Virus record (IMG/VR): IMGVR_UViG_3300042938_000824
Location: 1-63,708 of that record
DNA from: a virus
Lineage: Duplodnaviria; Caudoviricetes
Direction: 5' to 3' (one strand)
Length of the DNA stretch: 63,708 nucleotides
Under the pieces are notes generated by a model. The model ran no database searches. It was not told the origin of the DNA and saw only the letters and a program-made list of their open reading frames with translations. The position numbers and the translations under genes are program-made. Shown one piece after another: positions 26,403 through 35,731 of the stretch (its first letter is position 1; the number at the start of each line of letters is the position of its first letter).

Positions 26403-26636
26403 TTACTTCCCCTTTCGGGCAGCGCCGCGCATCGTCGCGGAACTCTTCGGGGTGTAGTTGCAACCAACCATGCCGCCCTTGGCGTACGCCCGGCCCATGG
26501 GCATGATCTGCTGCGCGGCCATAGGCGTCATCGACCGCTGCATCATCGCGGCGGCGGGGGCAGGAAGCCCCTGACCCATACCGGGGCTGGGCATGGGAGC
26601 GCCGGTTGGGCCCCTCATCATCTTGCCGTCCATCAT
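26403..26636 (-). CDS. Small Met/Gly-rich protein with YAKGG motif (77 aa)
   Basis: ATGA-coupled to the upstream peptide gene. Confidence 0.6.
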   Translation of the reverse strand: MMDGKMMRGPTGAPMPSPGMGQGLPAPAAAMMQRSMTPMAAQQIMPMGRAYAKGGMVGCNYTPKSSATMRGAARKGK

Positions 26637-26758
26637 TTCTTCAGTTCCTTCGCGTTCGCGCCCTTTGCGGGGGCAACAGCAGTCTTCTCGATACGCCCGA
26701 GCCCGCCTCCAGCGCCGCCGGTCATCTTGGCTGGCTTGACCTTGACCATGTTCTTCAT
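26633..26758 (-). CDS. 41-aa basic peptide MKNMVKVKPAKMTGGAGGGLGRIEK.. (not in track)
   Basis: GAGAGGA RBS; fills the gap exactly; ATGA overlap downstream. Confidence 0.6.
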   Translation of the reverse strand: MKNMVKVKPAKMTGGAGGGLGRIEKTAVAPAKGANAKELKK

Positions 26759-26769
26759 GCGCCGTCCTC

Positions 26770-27108
26770 TCAAGTGATCGAGACCGTGAGGTCACCTACG
26801 TAGCAATATATCGTGGAAGTGATCGGATTGCCAATCGGGTTCCAGCCAAAGTACGTCGTCGAGGGCTGCCGCTGATCGGGGCGGGGGTTGTAGAGCGCCT
26901 GCGGGTCATAGACCCGGATGCGGCCAAGCTGGAGTTGCGGATGGTCCTTGTCGAGGCACGTCCTGCACACCTTCAGCCCGTTGGGGCGAAGATCATAAAA
27001 TTCGGTATGCAGTTGGTTGAGGCGAAAGCTGAAGCCGCACCGGTCGCAGAGCGCAAGCGCGCGCGGGTTCGATGCAAACTTCGCTGTTGCTCCGCCTCCG
27101 TAGGTCAT
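26770..27108 (-). CDS. Zinc-finger virion-associated protein
   Basis: CDRCG..CRTC.D..HPQL..PRPD. Confidence 0.7.
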   Translation of the reverse strand: MTYGGGATAKFASNPRALALCDRCGFSFRLNQLHTEFYDLRPNGLKVCRTCLDKDHPQLQLGRIRVYDPQALYNPRPDQRQPSTTYFGWNPIGNPITSTIYCYVGDLTVSIT

Positions 27109-27800
27109 GCCCCGATCCTGTAGCTTGCACCCCGCGGCACGATGCTCAGCGTGGCCTTCTCGCGATCTTCCTCAGAGGCGTTCTGCCAGTCTTCTTCGTA
27201 GCGCGCCTTGAGACGCATGATCAGTTCAGGATTGCCAGACGCCTTCTTCTCGGCGATGTGGTAGGCCAACCCTGAGACAAAGACAGGCAGGAAACGGAAC
27301 GGGAAGTCGCCGGTATTTGTGTACGCGCCTGCGTCCTCGATGCGCTTCAGGATCCAGTAGTGGAGCGTGTAGCCCGCGATGTTGGGCAGCGGCCAGAGGT
27401 GGACCTTCGGCCCCGCGTTCAGCCGTTCAATGTAGATCTGCGTCGGGCGTGACTGGATCGTCGGGTTGGTGCGGGTGGCGTAGGTGGACACCGAAACACG
27501 GCTGACCGTGTAGCGCGTCGTCTGCGTCTGGTTGGGAAGCTGGACGACCTGCTCAATGATGTCGACGATGTCGGCGTCAAGCTGGTATTCGCCGACGCCC
27601 TGCGTGAGCGTGACGACGCGCTCTTCCATCGTCCACATGTTGATGCCGCGGTTGGCCCACTCGAGCAGCATCAGGTTGATGCTGCGGCGGGCGGAGCGCA
27701 TGTCGTAGCCACTCCTGCTCTCGCTACCCGCGCGCTCGTAGGCCTCTTCGATGGCTTCGGTCAGATCAAGGTTGAACGTGGTCGTTCCGCTGGTCGTCAT
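27105..27800 (-). CDS. Head-tail connector/adaptor protein
   Basis: TTSGT..F.LD..E.IEEAYER, EWANRG.N.W, PFRFLP. Confidence 0.75.
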   Translation of the reverse strand: MTTSGTTTFNLDLTEAIEEAYERAGSESRSGYDMRSARRSINLMLLEWANRGINMWTMEERVVTLTQGVGEYQLDADIVDIIEQVVQLPNQTQTTRYTVSRVSVSTYATRTNPTIQSRPTQIYIERLNAGPKVHLWPLPNIAGYTLHYWILKRIEDAGAYTNTGDFPFRFLPVFVSGLAYHIAEKKASGNPELIMRLKARYEEDWQNASEEDREKATLSIVPRGASYRIGA

Positions 27801-28442
27801 CTACGCCACCTGTTTCGGCATGGCGATGTTAGCATGCTCACAGGAATACTCAAACGCGCCGATGTGGCGGACCTGCTGCGAAACCATATCGTCCACGAAA
27901 GTCGGAAAGCCAAACTCAGCCGCCTTGCGGCAGAAGTAGACGTCCTCGCCCTCGAGGCCGCCGGGGATGTCGTCACCGACGCGCATCAGGAACCACGGCT
28001 TCGGCAGCGTCTCGAACACATCGCGGCGGGTTAGCATGAAGCCCATGCCGACATGCGCGACGAGTTCCAGCTTTTGGCTGCCGCGCACCGTGTGGTGGTA
28101 GGTCTTGCCTGCAGGGTCCAGCGCAGCCACGGGGCGGAGAGGCAGACGCCGCGTCGAGTAGTTGGCTGCAATGATCGGCTGCCCATGCCCGATCATGCGG
28201 TCGACAGCGTCACACGGAAATCGCATGTCGCTGTCGATCCAGAGCATCCAGTCCGCGCCCGCGTCGAGCGCCATCTGCGCCAGCTTCTGCCGCTGGTCGA
28301 AGATGAGCGTGCCCTCAAGCACCAGCGGAGTGATTTGGTCGCCCCGATGGTTGCTGACGAAGTGGCCCATCAGGTTCGCCAGATCGAAGGCGAAGGCTGT
28401 GTGGACCTGATCGCGGGCAGGCGTGCAGATGGCAAGATGCAT
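27801..28442 (-). CDS. GT-A fold (GT2-like) glycosyltransferase
   Basis: WIDSDM DxD motif, GMGFML..RDVFE, GEDVYFC, HIG. Confidence 0.8.
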   Translation of the reverse strand: MHLAICTPARDQVHTAFAFDLANLMGHFVSNHRGDQITPLVLEGTLIFDQRQKLAQMALDAGADWMLWIDSDMRFPCDAVDRMIGHGQPIIAANYSTRRLPLRPVAALDPAGKTYHHTVRGSQKLELVAHVGMGFMLTRRDVFETLPKPWFLMRVGDDIPGGLEGEDVYFCRKAAEFGFPTFVDDMVSQQVRHIGAFEYSCEHANIAMPKQVA

Positions 28443-29215
28443 TACGGAGCGTCCTCTACGAGCACGATCTGGAAATAGCAGGATACCGCTTCGTTGTCCG
28501 CAGAAGTTTTGACCGTGGCCGTGATGCGCTCACCCGGGTTGATCGTAACCGGGAACGTAAAATCGAAGGGGTACAGGCCATTGGCAAACGTCACGATGGC
28601 CGCCGTTCGCTGCACCCCACTGGCATCCATGAGCTTGAGGCGGCCTGTGATGAAGTTGGCCCCATTCTCGGTGCCTGATCCAATAGAGCCATACGTGACA
28701 TACGCCTTATGCCCCGCCGGGCACTGCCACGCGCCGGTCAGCGAGTTGTTCTCACCGATACCCGCGAAGCCGTGGACGACCGCGGGCACGCCCGTGGTAA
28801 CCGTTCCCGTGCCGACGTAGATATTACCGGCGTTCACTCCACCGGAACCGACCGTCAGCACGGTGACCTGCTGGATGAAGCTATAGGTCTTGGTCGTGTT
28901 GACCGCCGTCTGCCCATTGAGGGTGACGGTTTCCTCGGCTTCATCGCCGTTGTTATTGATGCCCTTGATGTAGACGGTGCGCGCACCTGTTCCAGCTGAG
29001 GCGTCATCGGTGCTAGACGAACTGACCTTCATCGTAACGGGGGCAGACAGGTAAGGGATCGCGGTGCCGGGTGGCCACACGGTCTCTTCTGTGGCGCTGT
29101 CGGCGTCGGCGTTGAAGCCGAAGACATGGACAACGGTGTGATAGCCGATGTCGCCTTTGCCCACCTGAAACTCGAAGGACTCCGTACGACCGAACTTGGA
29201 GATTGAGGAGGTCAT
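28442..29215 (-). CDS. Beta-rich virion structural protein
   Basis: VFGFN, SSSTDD..GTGART, TLNGQTAV. Confidence 0.6.
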   Translation of the reverse strand: MTSSISKFGRTESFEFQVGKGDIGYHTVVHVFGFNADADSATEETVWPPGTAIPYLSAPVTMKVSSSSTDDASAGTGARTVYIKGINNNGDEAEETVTLNGQTAVNTTKTYSFIQQVTVLTVGSGGVNAGNIYVGTGTVTTGVPAVVHGFAGIGENNSLTGAWQCPAGHKAYVTYGSIGSGTENGANFITGRLKLMDASGVQRTAAIVTFANGLYPFDFTFPVTINPGERITATVKTSADNEAVSCYFQIVLVEDAP

Positions 29216-29217
29216 GG

Positions 29218-29646
29218 TTATGCCCAGACACGAGCGCGCAGATTGATTACACCGGGATCAAACAGCCGCACACCATTCGGCCCCTCATACCCAGCCGGAA
29301 CGCCCGCCTCGGTGATCGGCTTGAAGTCGAGGTCTTGGATGATCTGGAGCAAGTGCGTGCGCGTGAACACGTCGCCTTCTTGCGGCAGGCCGTAGGTGAC
29401 CTGATCTGCAAACTCACCATAGGCGCGGAGGTTGACGTGGTGGCCGTGGACTATGACAGCGGGTGTTAGCTCGTTGCCATCTTCGTCATAGGTTGCGCGG
29501 GTCTTGGGAACAGGGCCTAGCTCGTCAATCAACACGCCATCGGTTGGGGTGAGGATGTCGTCGGCGTAGGTGGCAAGGCCGTTCTGGACCATGCCGGTGA
29601 TGAACTGCTCGCGGGTTGGTGCCCATACCATGAGGTCGATGATCAT
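29218..29646 (-). CDS. Hypothetical protein, possible fibre chaperone
   Basis: ATGA-coupled behind the spike/fibre gene; GHHVNLR, RVWA C-terminus. Confidence 0.6.
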   Translation of the reverse strand: MIIDLMVWAPTREQFITGMVQNGLATYADDILTPTDGVLIDELGPVPKTRATYDEDGNELTPAVIVHGHHVNLRAYGEFADQVTYGLPQEGDVFTRTHLLQIIQDLDFKPITEAGVPAGYEGPNGVRLFDPGVINLRARVWA

Positions 29647-31802
29647 GTTGATAGCACCTGTAGTTCTGCGTCCGTCTTCCGCACTGCGTAATAGTCAAGG
29701 CGCTTGATGTGGCCGTTGAGGTTGTGCTGGCCGTCGAACTGCCTACCAAGACGAAGTATGTTGACGGTGGGCATTGTACCAGCACCATCGGTAGCAACCG
29801 TCCCGCCATTGATGCAAGCTGCAAAGTCATTAGCTGCGAACGCTTGCGCGGACTTCGCAAAAACGCCAGTTACAAAAGTGCCAGCATCGAGATCGGCGAC
29901 CGTAACGCCGCCATCCACAACAAAAAGATGGCTCGCGGCTTTTGCGTTGCTGAGTATGCGCTCATTAGCCGTACCATCGCTGAGTTCATACACGAACGCC
30001 AGTGCTGTTCCCCCATTGGCAGCCTCGTAGGCGAATGTCCCTGCCGTCGCGCTATACGGAAACGCACTCGTCAGAATGGTTATGTTGTCCGCTGCACGGG
30101 TGACTTGCGAGGCCACGGTGGCAATCGGGCTTGTGATGAACGCGCCGTTCTCAATTTGGAACAGCGCAACGTCGATAGCATCGCCGCTTGTTGCCATGCG
30201 GATGATGAGTGGTGGGTTGGTGACGGTCGCTGATGCTGTAGCGACACGGGTCCAGCTAGAGGTCACGGTGACTGTGGTTTCAGATGCCACCTTGCAGCTA
30301 ATATTATCAAAGTAACCAGTGCGCCCTAACACCGCCTGATTTGATGACACACGGATAAAGGTGCTTGTTGATGACGCAACAAAATACAAAAAGCCATCGA
30401 CGTTCGATGCGCTGGTTAGTGTAACAAAGGTTTCGGCCCCACCTGCGGTCTTACGCACCTCAATGCCTGCGCTTGAAGATGTCCCCCGCCGAGCCGTATA
30501 CCCAACTATATACGCGGTTCCCACTACCGTCGCAAAAGCATCGCTATCCGCAAACCCTGCGGAAGCACCAGTGTTGGTAACTTCTAGTTCGCCTGAAACA
30601 ACCGCTAACGTTGCGGCAGTAGCCGTCCACCCAGTCGTATCCGTTGGGAAAGTTCCATTGACGACCAGTTCGCTTCCGGTCGTCGCTCCTTGGCTCAGAT
30701 AGACCGCCCCCGTGCCCGTCCGCCGCTTGACGAACATGGATGTGATGCGGGCAGCTGATGCGGATGTAATGTCCTGCCGTGCCGTGGCGTTGGCGGCAGT
30801 GGCGGTAAGCGTCGATGCGCTATTGGCGACACCATCCGGGCCGGTTGCCGTCTTGGCCGTGGTGAGGTTCGATTTGACCCATGCCGCGTTGGTGAAATCG
30901 TCGGAGTAGAGGCAGAGGTTCGTCCTTGCCTCCTCGATCAGCACGCCTAGCGCTGCACCCGTGGTCGGGTTGTAATTCCGTGGGAGGGAGTAGACGGCGG
31001 CGGTAGTGGTGGGGATGTAGGTGAGGGCGGAGGAGCCGAGGTTTAGCTGAGCGCCCCATGCATAAATAAACTCACCCACACCTTCGACTTGTCCGGTAAC
31101 ACCCACGAAAAATCGAATGCTGTCCCCGACTGTTGCAGTCAGACTAAACGGCATTACAATCCGCCACCAGCCGTTTCCGACATCGGTTGCCGTTGCTCCG
31201 CTACCTGTAATATGCGTTATGGCCCCGGTAGACCAATCAATTGTTATCGAAACAGCGTTAACTCCTGTCGTGTTATTCCTAACAACAAATCTGTTACTAT
31301 CCGCCGCGCCCGATCCAATTTTTGCGTAAACTGAATAAACGTATGCCCCAGTCCCCAATGTCGTCAAGGTCTGAATAATCTGAGCACCGGCAGATGGTGC
31401 GTTTATTGTATTCTCAATCTTATCAGCGGTGAGCGTTCCGTCCGGCGCGACTACATCCGCTGTGTTAACAACAGACACATTTGTCTTCACCCAAGTTCCA
31501 CTATTGAGTGTCTGGCTTTGCAGCAGCAAATTATGCGGCGCATACCTCAGCACCCCATCCGACCCATAGACCAGCTTCGGCGAGGGAGCCGTGTACGTGA
31601 GAATGCTGTCTGGCGTGACGATTCCACCACCGGAGGACTTGTAGGCTTGGTTCTCGTCGAACCACAGGGCGAGGTTGGCACCGGTGGCAGCGATGCCGCC
31701 CACGTTGGCGAGGAGAGATGGCGGGGTTGACAACGTCGTAGACGAAATCAGCCCCGGCAAGCCGCCCCATAGACCAATGGCACCAGTGTACAAGCCCGCC
31801 AT
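29643..31802 (-). CDS. Head spike/fibre protein with tandem carbohydrate-binding-like modules (719 aa, start MAGLYT)
   Basis: AGGAGG RBS before 31802; repeated NL..S....W, APDG..TA, GVLIEEARTN, WGAQL. Confidence 0.7.
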   Translation of the reverse strand: MAGLYTGAIGLWGGLPGLISSTTLSTPPSLLANVGGIAATGANLALWFDENQAYKSSGGGIVTPDSILTYTAPSPKLVYGSDGVLRYAPHNLLLQSQTLNSGTWVKTNVSVVNTADVVAPDGTLTADKIENTINAPSAGAQIIQTLTTLGTGAYVYSVYAKIGSGAADSNRFVVRNNTTGVNAVSITIDWSTGAITHITGSGATATDVGNGWWRIVMPFSLTATVGDSIRFFVGVTGQVEGVGEFIYAWGAQLNLGSSALTYIPTTTAAVYSLPRNYNPTTGAALGVLIEEARTNLCLYSDDFTNAAWVKSNLTTAKTATGPDGVANSASTLTATAANATARQDITSASAARITSMFVKRRTGTGAVYLSQGATTGSELVVNGTFPTDTTGWTATAATLAVVSGELEVTNTGASAGFADSDAFATVVGTAYIVGYTARRGTSSSAGIEVRKTAGGAETFVTLTSASNVDGFLYFVASSTSTFIRVSSNQAVLGRTGYFDNISCKVASETTVTVTSSWTRVATASATVTNPPLIIRMATSGDAIDVALFQIENGAFITSPIATVASQVTRAADNITILTSAFPYSATAGTFAYEAANGGTALAFVYELSDGTANERILSNAKAASHLFVVDGGVTVADLDAGTFVTGVFAKSAQAFAANDFAACINGGTVATDGAGTMPTVNILRLGRQFDGQHNLNGHIKRLDYYAVRKTDAELQVLST

Positions 31803-31815
31803 CCCCGCCTCCTGC

Positions 31816-32457
31816 TTACACGCCCGACTGAAGGAACGTCGCCACCACGCTCCCAGTACCGCTGTTGAGCGTGACGCGAGCGAACACCGGCGAGTAGCCG
31901 TAATTGCCCTGCACGCTGATCGTAGCTCCGACGAGGGCTGGATCTGGGTGATTGAGCCAAGTGACAGCCGACGGCTCCATCGGAGCAGACGGATTGTTGG
32001 TGTTGTCGAGCGTCTGCTGAACCGTGTAGTTGACCGTGCCGCTGACCGTGCACTGGATTGCAATCTGGGCATCTGCCCAGCTACTGAACTGGACCCACGC
32101 CGAAGAGGCTACACCGCTGGTGCCAACAGTCAGAGCGTTAGCGGCATTGCCGCTGATGGTGATGCGCGTGACGGTCTGGTAGTCCAGCACCGACTGCGCC
32201 GTAGTGGCGTTCGGTCCAGTGATGGTCTCCGACTGCACGACGCCACTGCGGCTGGTGCCGGTGATGGTGAAGCTTCGGGTGCTCTCATTGCCCGTGCAGG
32301 TGATCAGCACCCGGCGCGCAACATCAAGAGTGGCGACCCCTCCCGAGACACGCGCGCCGTTCAGCGTCAACGCCCCAGCAGTGGGGGTTTGAGATAGACA
32401 GATAGCGTTGGCCGAGGCGGCTGCCAGCGGGCCAACTGTGACGCGATTGGGGCGCAC
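31816..32457 (-). CDS. Virion structural protein
   Basis: AGGAG RBS with GTG start; beta-rich Thr/Ser/Val sequence. Confidence 0.7.
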   Translation of the reverse strand: MRPNRVTVGPLAAASANAICLSQTPTAGALTLNGARVSGGVATLDVARRVLITCTGNESTRSFTITGTSRSGVVQSETITGPNATTAQSVLDYQTVTRITISGNAANALTVGTSGVASSAWVQFSSWADAQIAIQCTVSGTVNYTVQQTLDNTNNPSAPMEPSAVTWLNHPDPALVGATISVQGNYGYSPVFARVTLNSGTGSVVATFLQSGV

Positions 32458-32471
32458 TTGGATCTCCTGTT

Positions 32472-32500
32472 AAAGAAGAGCGGGGGCGCTAAGCCCCCGC
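32472..32500 (-). terminator. Rho-independent terminator
   Basis: gcgggggc/gcccccgc stem followed by tcttcttt on the minus strand. Confidence 0.7.
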
Positions 32501-32506
32501 ATCAAA

Positions 32507-33022
32507 TCAGACCGTGGAGAACGGCGAAGCTTCGACGCCCGTTGCCGACTGAAGAATGCGCACGAACCAAGTGTCCGTACGCATATCGATCAGTTCGATG
32601 CTATCGCCGATGATGCCGCCCTTGGTCGAGCCATCGAAGGTAATACGGTTCGTGCCAGCAGCCTCATAGAACGCCGCAGTCGTGCCACCGTCGGCAAACT
32701 GTATGCACGTGCCCTGAAACACGTCGTTGCCGGTGACCGCGATGGTGGTGCCGACCGAGGTGACCGTAGTGCCGATGAGGAAACGCAGGCTGAGACCGGA
32801 TCCGGTGGCAGCCGGTAGGGTGATCGCCTGACCATTGGCCTTGTTCAGGACGTTGGTGACGCCCGCGTTGGCGGACGTTATGGCGAGGGTGGCACCGGTC
32901 TGCGAGGTGACAGAGCCGACGGCAGTGCCGTTGATCTGGGCAGCCGTGGCGGTGACCTCGACGTCGGCAATCGAAAGCACGCCAACGTTCACGGTATTCG
33001 GGAAATTCGTAATCTGACCCAT
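32507..33022 (-). CDS. Putative head decoration protein (start MGQITN)
   Basis: AAGGAG RBS; ITLPAATGSG motif; downstream of the capsid gene. Confidence 0.65.
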   Translation of the reverse strand: MGQITNFPNTVNVGVLSIADVEVTATAAQINGTAVGSVTSQTGATLAITSANAGVTNVLNKANGQAITLPAATGSGLSLRFLIGTTVTSVGTTIAVTGNDVFQGTCIQFADGGTTAAFYEAAGTNRITFDGSTKGGIIGDSIELIDMRTDTWFVRILQSATGVEASPFSTV

Positions 33023-33096
33023 GATCGTCTCCTTGGGGGGCAACAGGCCACAGTCGGGAGTGACCACCGCATGGGCGCGGCATGACCTGTTCGGGT

Positions 33097-33125
33097 ACTC
33101 TACGCCTACCATGAGGGGGGTGCAA
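33097..33125 (-). promoter_or_regulatory. Sigma70-like promoter
   Basis: TTGCAC-17-TAGAGT. Confidence 0.55.
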
Positions 33126-33150
33126 AAGAAAGGCCCGCCGAAGCGGGCCT
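33124..33150 (-). terminator. Rho-independent terminator after the endonuclease gene
   Basis: AGGCCCGC-ttcg-GCGGGCCT then ttctttt. Confidence 0.8.
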
Positions 33151-33218
33151 AGTTATCATGCAGGGGAGTCAACCAGAGGTGTCGGTTGGGATGTCAAAAC
33201 GGAACCTCTGCCGCGATA

Positions 33219-34019
33219 CTACGATGCGTCCTTGTGCTTGGCAAGGTAGGCGATGGCGCGAGCAAGAAGGGTTGTATCGTCGCGAAACTTACCGAGACCG
33301 GTGTTGCAGGACTGGCAAAGAAGGCCGCGTATCGCGCCGGTGCCGTGGTCATGATCTACGGCAAGGTGGCGCAAAAGACCGTTTCGCATTTCCTTCTCCG
33401 GTTCTCCGCAGACGGCGCAGCAATGGTGCTGTTCTTCGGCCATAGCCACGACTTCGCGTTTCGTTACGCCATATTTGCGTTTCAGTTCGTTGTTTCGATA
33501 GTCGTGGCCGTAGGCCTCGCGGTGCGCACGATGGTACCGCGTGTTGTATTCCTGCGCAGTCTCGCCGGGAAGTTTCTGGACCAAGGCTAGACGCCACTCA
33601 AAATTGTCGGGGCCGAAAGGCTTGGTGGTGTCGAGCCGGTACAGCCGATGGCGCGGACTAGGGCGCGTACCGACACCGGCCAAAAACGCCTCGAAGCTGT
33701 CTTTCCACTCTTGCACAACAGGGCGGGCATTTTCCTTCCGCTGGAAATCAATCCACTGCGGGTAAAGCGGGTGGTGGGTCTTCAGGTCAGGCTTGTTAAG
33801 CCGAGGATCATCCGTCGACCCGGTAGTGCGAAGGCGTTTTAGGTGCATCTGACAAAGGCCGCGCCCATGAGCGGGGTTGTCGCAACCCTCTATTGTGCAG
33901 CCTTCCCGCTTCATGCGGTGTCGTTCTGTGGTCCCATACTTTTTCGCGTGAACGTAGCACGCGTTGCAAAGACCTTTAGCTTTAAGAGGCTTGTCTTGGT
34001 TACAGCCTGCACATACCAT
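33219..34019 (-). CDS. Free-standing endonuclease VII-type HNH (homing) endonuclease
   Basis: CAVC..LAVDHDH.TG.IRGLLC..CN.GLG; N-terminal Cys clusters. Confidence 0.85.
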   Translation of the reverse strand: MVCAGCNQDKPLKAKGLCNACYVHAKKYGTTERHRMKREGCTIEGCDNPAHGRGLCQMHLKRLRTTGSTDDPRLNKPDLKTHHPLYPQWIDFQRKENARPVVQEWKDSFEAFLAGVGTRPSPRHRLYRLDTTKPFGPDNFEWRLALVQKLPGETAQEYNTRYHRAHREAYGHDYRNNELKRKYGVTKREVVAMAEEQHHCCAVCGEPEKEMRNGLLRHLAVDHDHGTGAIRGLLCQSCNTGLGKFRDDTTLLARAIAYLAKHKDAS

Positions 34020-34063
34020 GTCATAGGCTCCTTATGCCCGTGTGAGTTAGTCTGAACACCTCA

Positions 34064-34092
34064 CTTATACGGAACGTAAGGGGCCTAGTCAA
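34064..34092 (-). promoter_or_regulatory. Sigma70-like promoter of the endonuclease gene
   Basis: TTGACT-17-TATAAG. Confidence 0.65.
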
Positions 34093-34131
34093 CTGTTAAT
34101 TTGACACGGGAAATACGCAGTAACGTAAATG

Positions 34132-34163
34132 AAAAAGGCCCGCGTTAGCGGGCCTTTTCCTTT
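34132..34163. terminator. Terminator after the major capsid gene (potentially bidirectional)
   Basis: aaaaaGGCCCGC-gtta-GCGGGCCtttt. Confidence 0.85.
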
Positions 34164-34177
34164 TGGTTGTCAGGCAC

Positions 34178-35089
34178 TTACGGAGCGCCGGGCGAACCCC
34201 AAGTGGCGAGATAATCGCTGATGCCGAAAGCATAACGCTCACGCATTTTGTATCTCATGTTGCCAGTGTCGAAATCACCGTCACTATCTTCAGAGATCGG
34301 CACACGGTTGAAATACTTGAAGCCGTCCGACACGTCGGTCATCAGGAACCAAGCATCCGGGTCAGTCAGGTAGTGGTTGACCGCGAAGCCTTCCGGCACC
34401 GAGGCCGAAGTGCGGATCGCGTTCACGTCGTTGTTGGCCGTACCGGGCTGGAGCTGAGTTTCCAGCAGGCGAATGGCGGTGTACTGCAGATCGATGGGCA
34501 CGATCATCTTACGCGTGCGGGCGTTGATGATCTTGCCGCGATCATCCGTCCACTTGCCGATCTGAATGTTGGCCGCCTCAAGCGACGTCTCGTTCAGGTC
34601 GGTGGGGGTGGTCGGGCGGTTCGAGATAACCGGACCAGCCACCTGCGGGTGGGCAGTGTTGTACAGAGACACACCGTCACCAGTCAGGAAGGTCGTGAAG
34701 CCGTTGTTGAGAACGGCTGCGGCCTTGATCTGCTTGGTGTTCGCCATGGAGCGAGCAAGCTCCTTGGTATAGCGAGCCGACAGGCTGTCGTAGAGGTTGT
34801 CTTCAAAGGCTTCCTGCGTAAGCGCGAAGCCCATGGAGATCGTCTCCATGACGTAGCGGGTGGTGTAGCCTTCCTGCGCGGTATCGAACAGGGTAGCGGC
34901 ACCTTCCTGCTTCACCGGCGCGTTGCCGAACGAGGTGATCTTCTGATCTTCCTCGAACGAACGCTCCGACGAGTGCTCGGTGTAGATTTCCTTATGCTCC
35001 TGCTCGTATCGATTGTACTCGAGACCGAACAGGGCATTCAGACCGGGGAGAAGCTCCTTGAGGAGCTGGGCACGGGAGATAGCGGCCAT
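34178..35089 (-). CDS. Major capsid protein
   Basis: ISRAQLLKELLPGLNALFGLEY, DFDTGNMRYK.RERY; strong RBS; followed by a terminator. Confidence 0.9.
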   Translation of the reverse strand: MAAISRAQLLKELLPGLNALFGLEYNRYEQEHKEIYTEHSSERSFEEDQKITSFGNAPVKQEGAATLFDTAQEGYTTRYVMETISMGFALTQEAFEDNLYDSLSARYTKELARSMANTKQIKAAAVLNNGFTTFLTGDGVSLYNTAHPQVAGPVISNRPTTPTDLNETSLEAANIQIGKWTDDRGKIINARTRKMIVPIDLQYTAIRLLETQLQPGTANNDVNAIRTSASVPEGFAVNHYLTDPDAWFLMTDVSDGFKYFNRVPISEDSDGDFDTGNMRYKMRERYAFGISDYLATWGSPGAP

Positions 35090-35105
35090 TTCAGATTAGC
35101 TCCTC

Positions 35106-35699
35106 TTAGACGCCAGTAGTCGAAACGTACTGGTGACCAACGTTCCACTTGACGAGGACGTTGGCGTACGTGTCGGCCCACTCATTGTTGGGTTCCTCGA
35201 CAAGGCCCACGATGCGCAGAGGCAACGTGTTGGTCGTCGAGCACGAGTCGCCGTTGAGGGCGTTCTTCGACTTGCCGAAAACAGCCGAGCCAGCGGTCTG
35301 GACGATGGCGGCGTTGAGGCCGTTCACTTCCGAACCGGTGTTCGAGCCGCCGTCAGTCAGCGCGCCGTCAGCCTGAATGGCGAATACGGCGTCTGGATCC
35401 GTCACGACCTTGGCGTACACGGTGTAACCCGTGGTGACGCCGGGCCAGTACTGGCTGTCGACAGCGTAGCCAATCGAGTTGATGTACCGGCAACCCACGA
35501 ACACGCCAATCGGCGTAAGCGAGGTAGTGCCCTCATCCTTCTGGATGGTGCCGCCGGTGACCTTCTTGACGACGTCACCGAAGTAGATGGGCGTAGTGTA
35601 GCCATCGGCGATGTTCAGGGTTTCAAAGCCCTGAGTATTGTACCCAGCGGAAAGGTTCTCAACCGGAACCATGCCGTAGGAATATGCAGAAGAGGCCAT
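35106..35699 (-). CDS. Capsid-associated (cement/decoration) protein
   Basis: IYFGDVV, GVFVGC.Y, DPD..F.IQAD; immediately before the capsid gene. Confidence 0.65.
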   Translation of the reverse strand: MASSAYSYGMVPVENLSAGYNTQGFETLNIADGYTTPIYFGDVVKKVTGGTIQKDEGTTSLTPIGVFVGCRYINSIGYAVDSQYWPGVTTGYTVYAKVVTDPDAVFAIQADGALTDGGSNTGSEVNGLNAAIVQTAGSAVFGKSKNALNGDSCSTTNTLPLRIVGLVEEPNNEWADTYANVLVKWNVGHQYVSTTGV

Positions 35700-35731
35700 T
35701 TGCCAAATCTCCTAGTTGGTGCTCTTGCCGA

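Noticed and set aside
31803-32072. N-terminal extensions in the ORF track (809-aa fibre, also the 397-aa scaffold and 222-aa VRR-NUC)
   Set aside because: They overlap upstream genes; internal starts with RBS or stop-start coupling fit better
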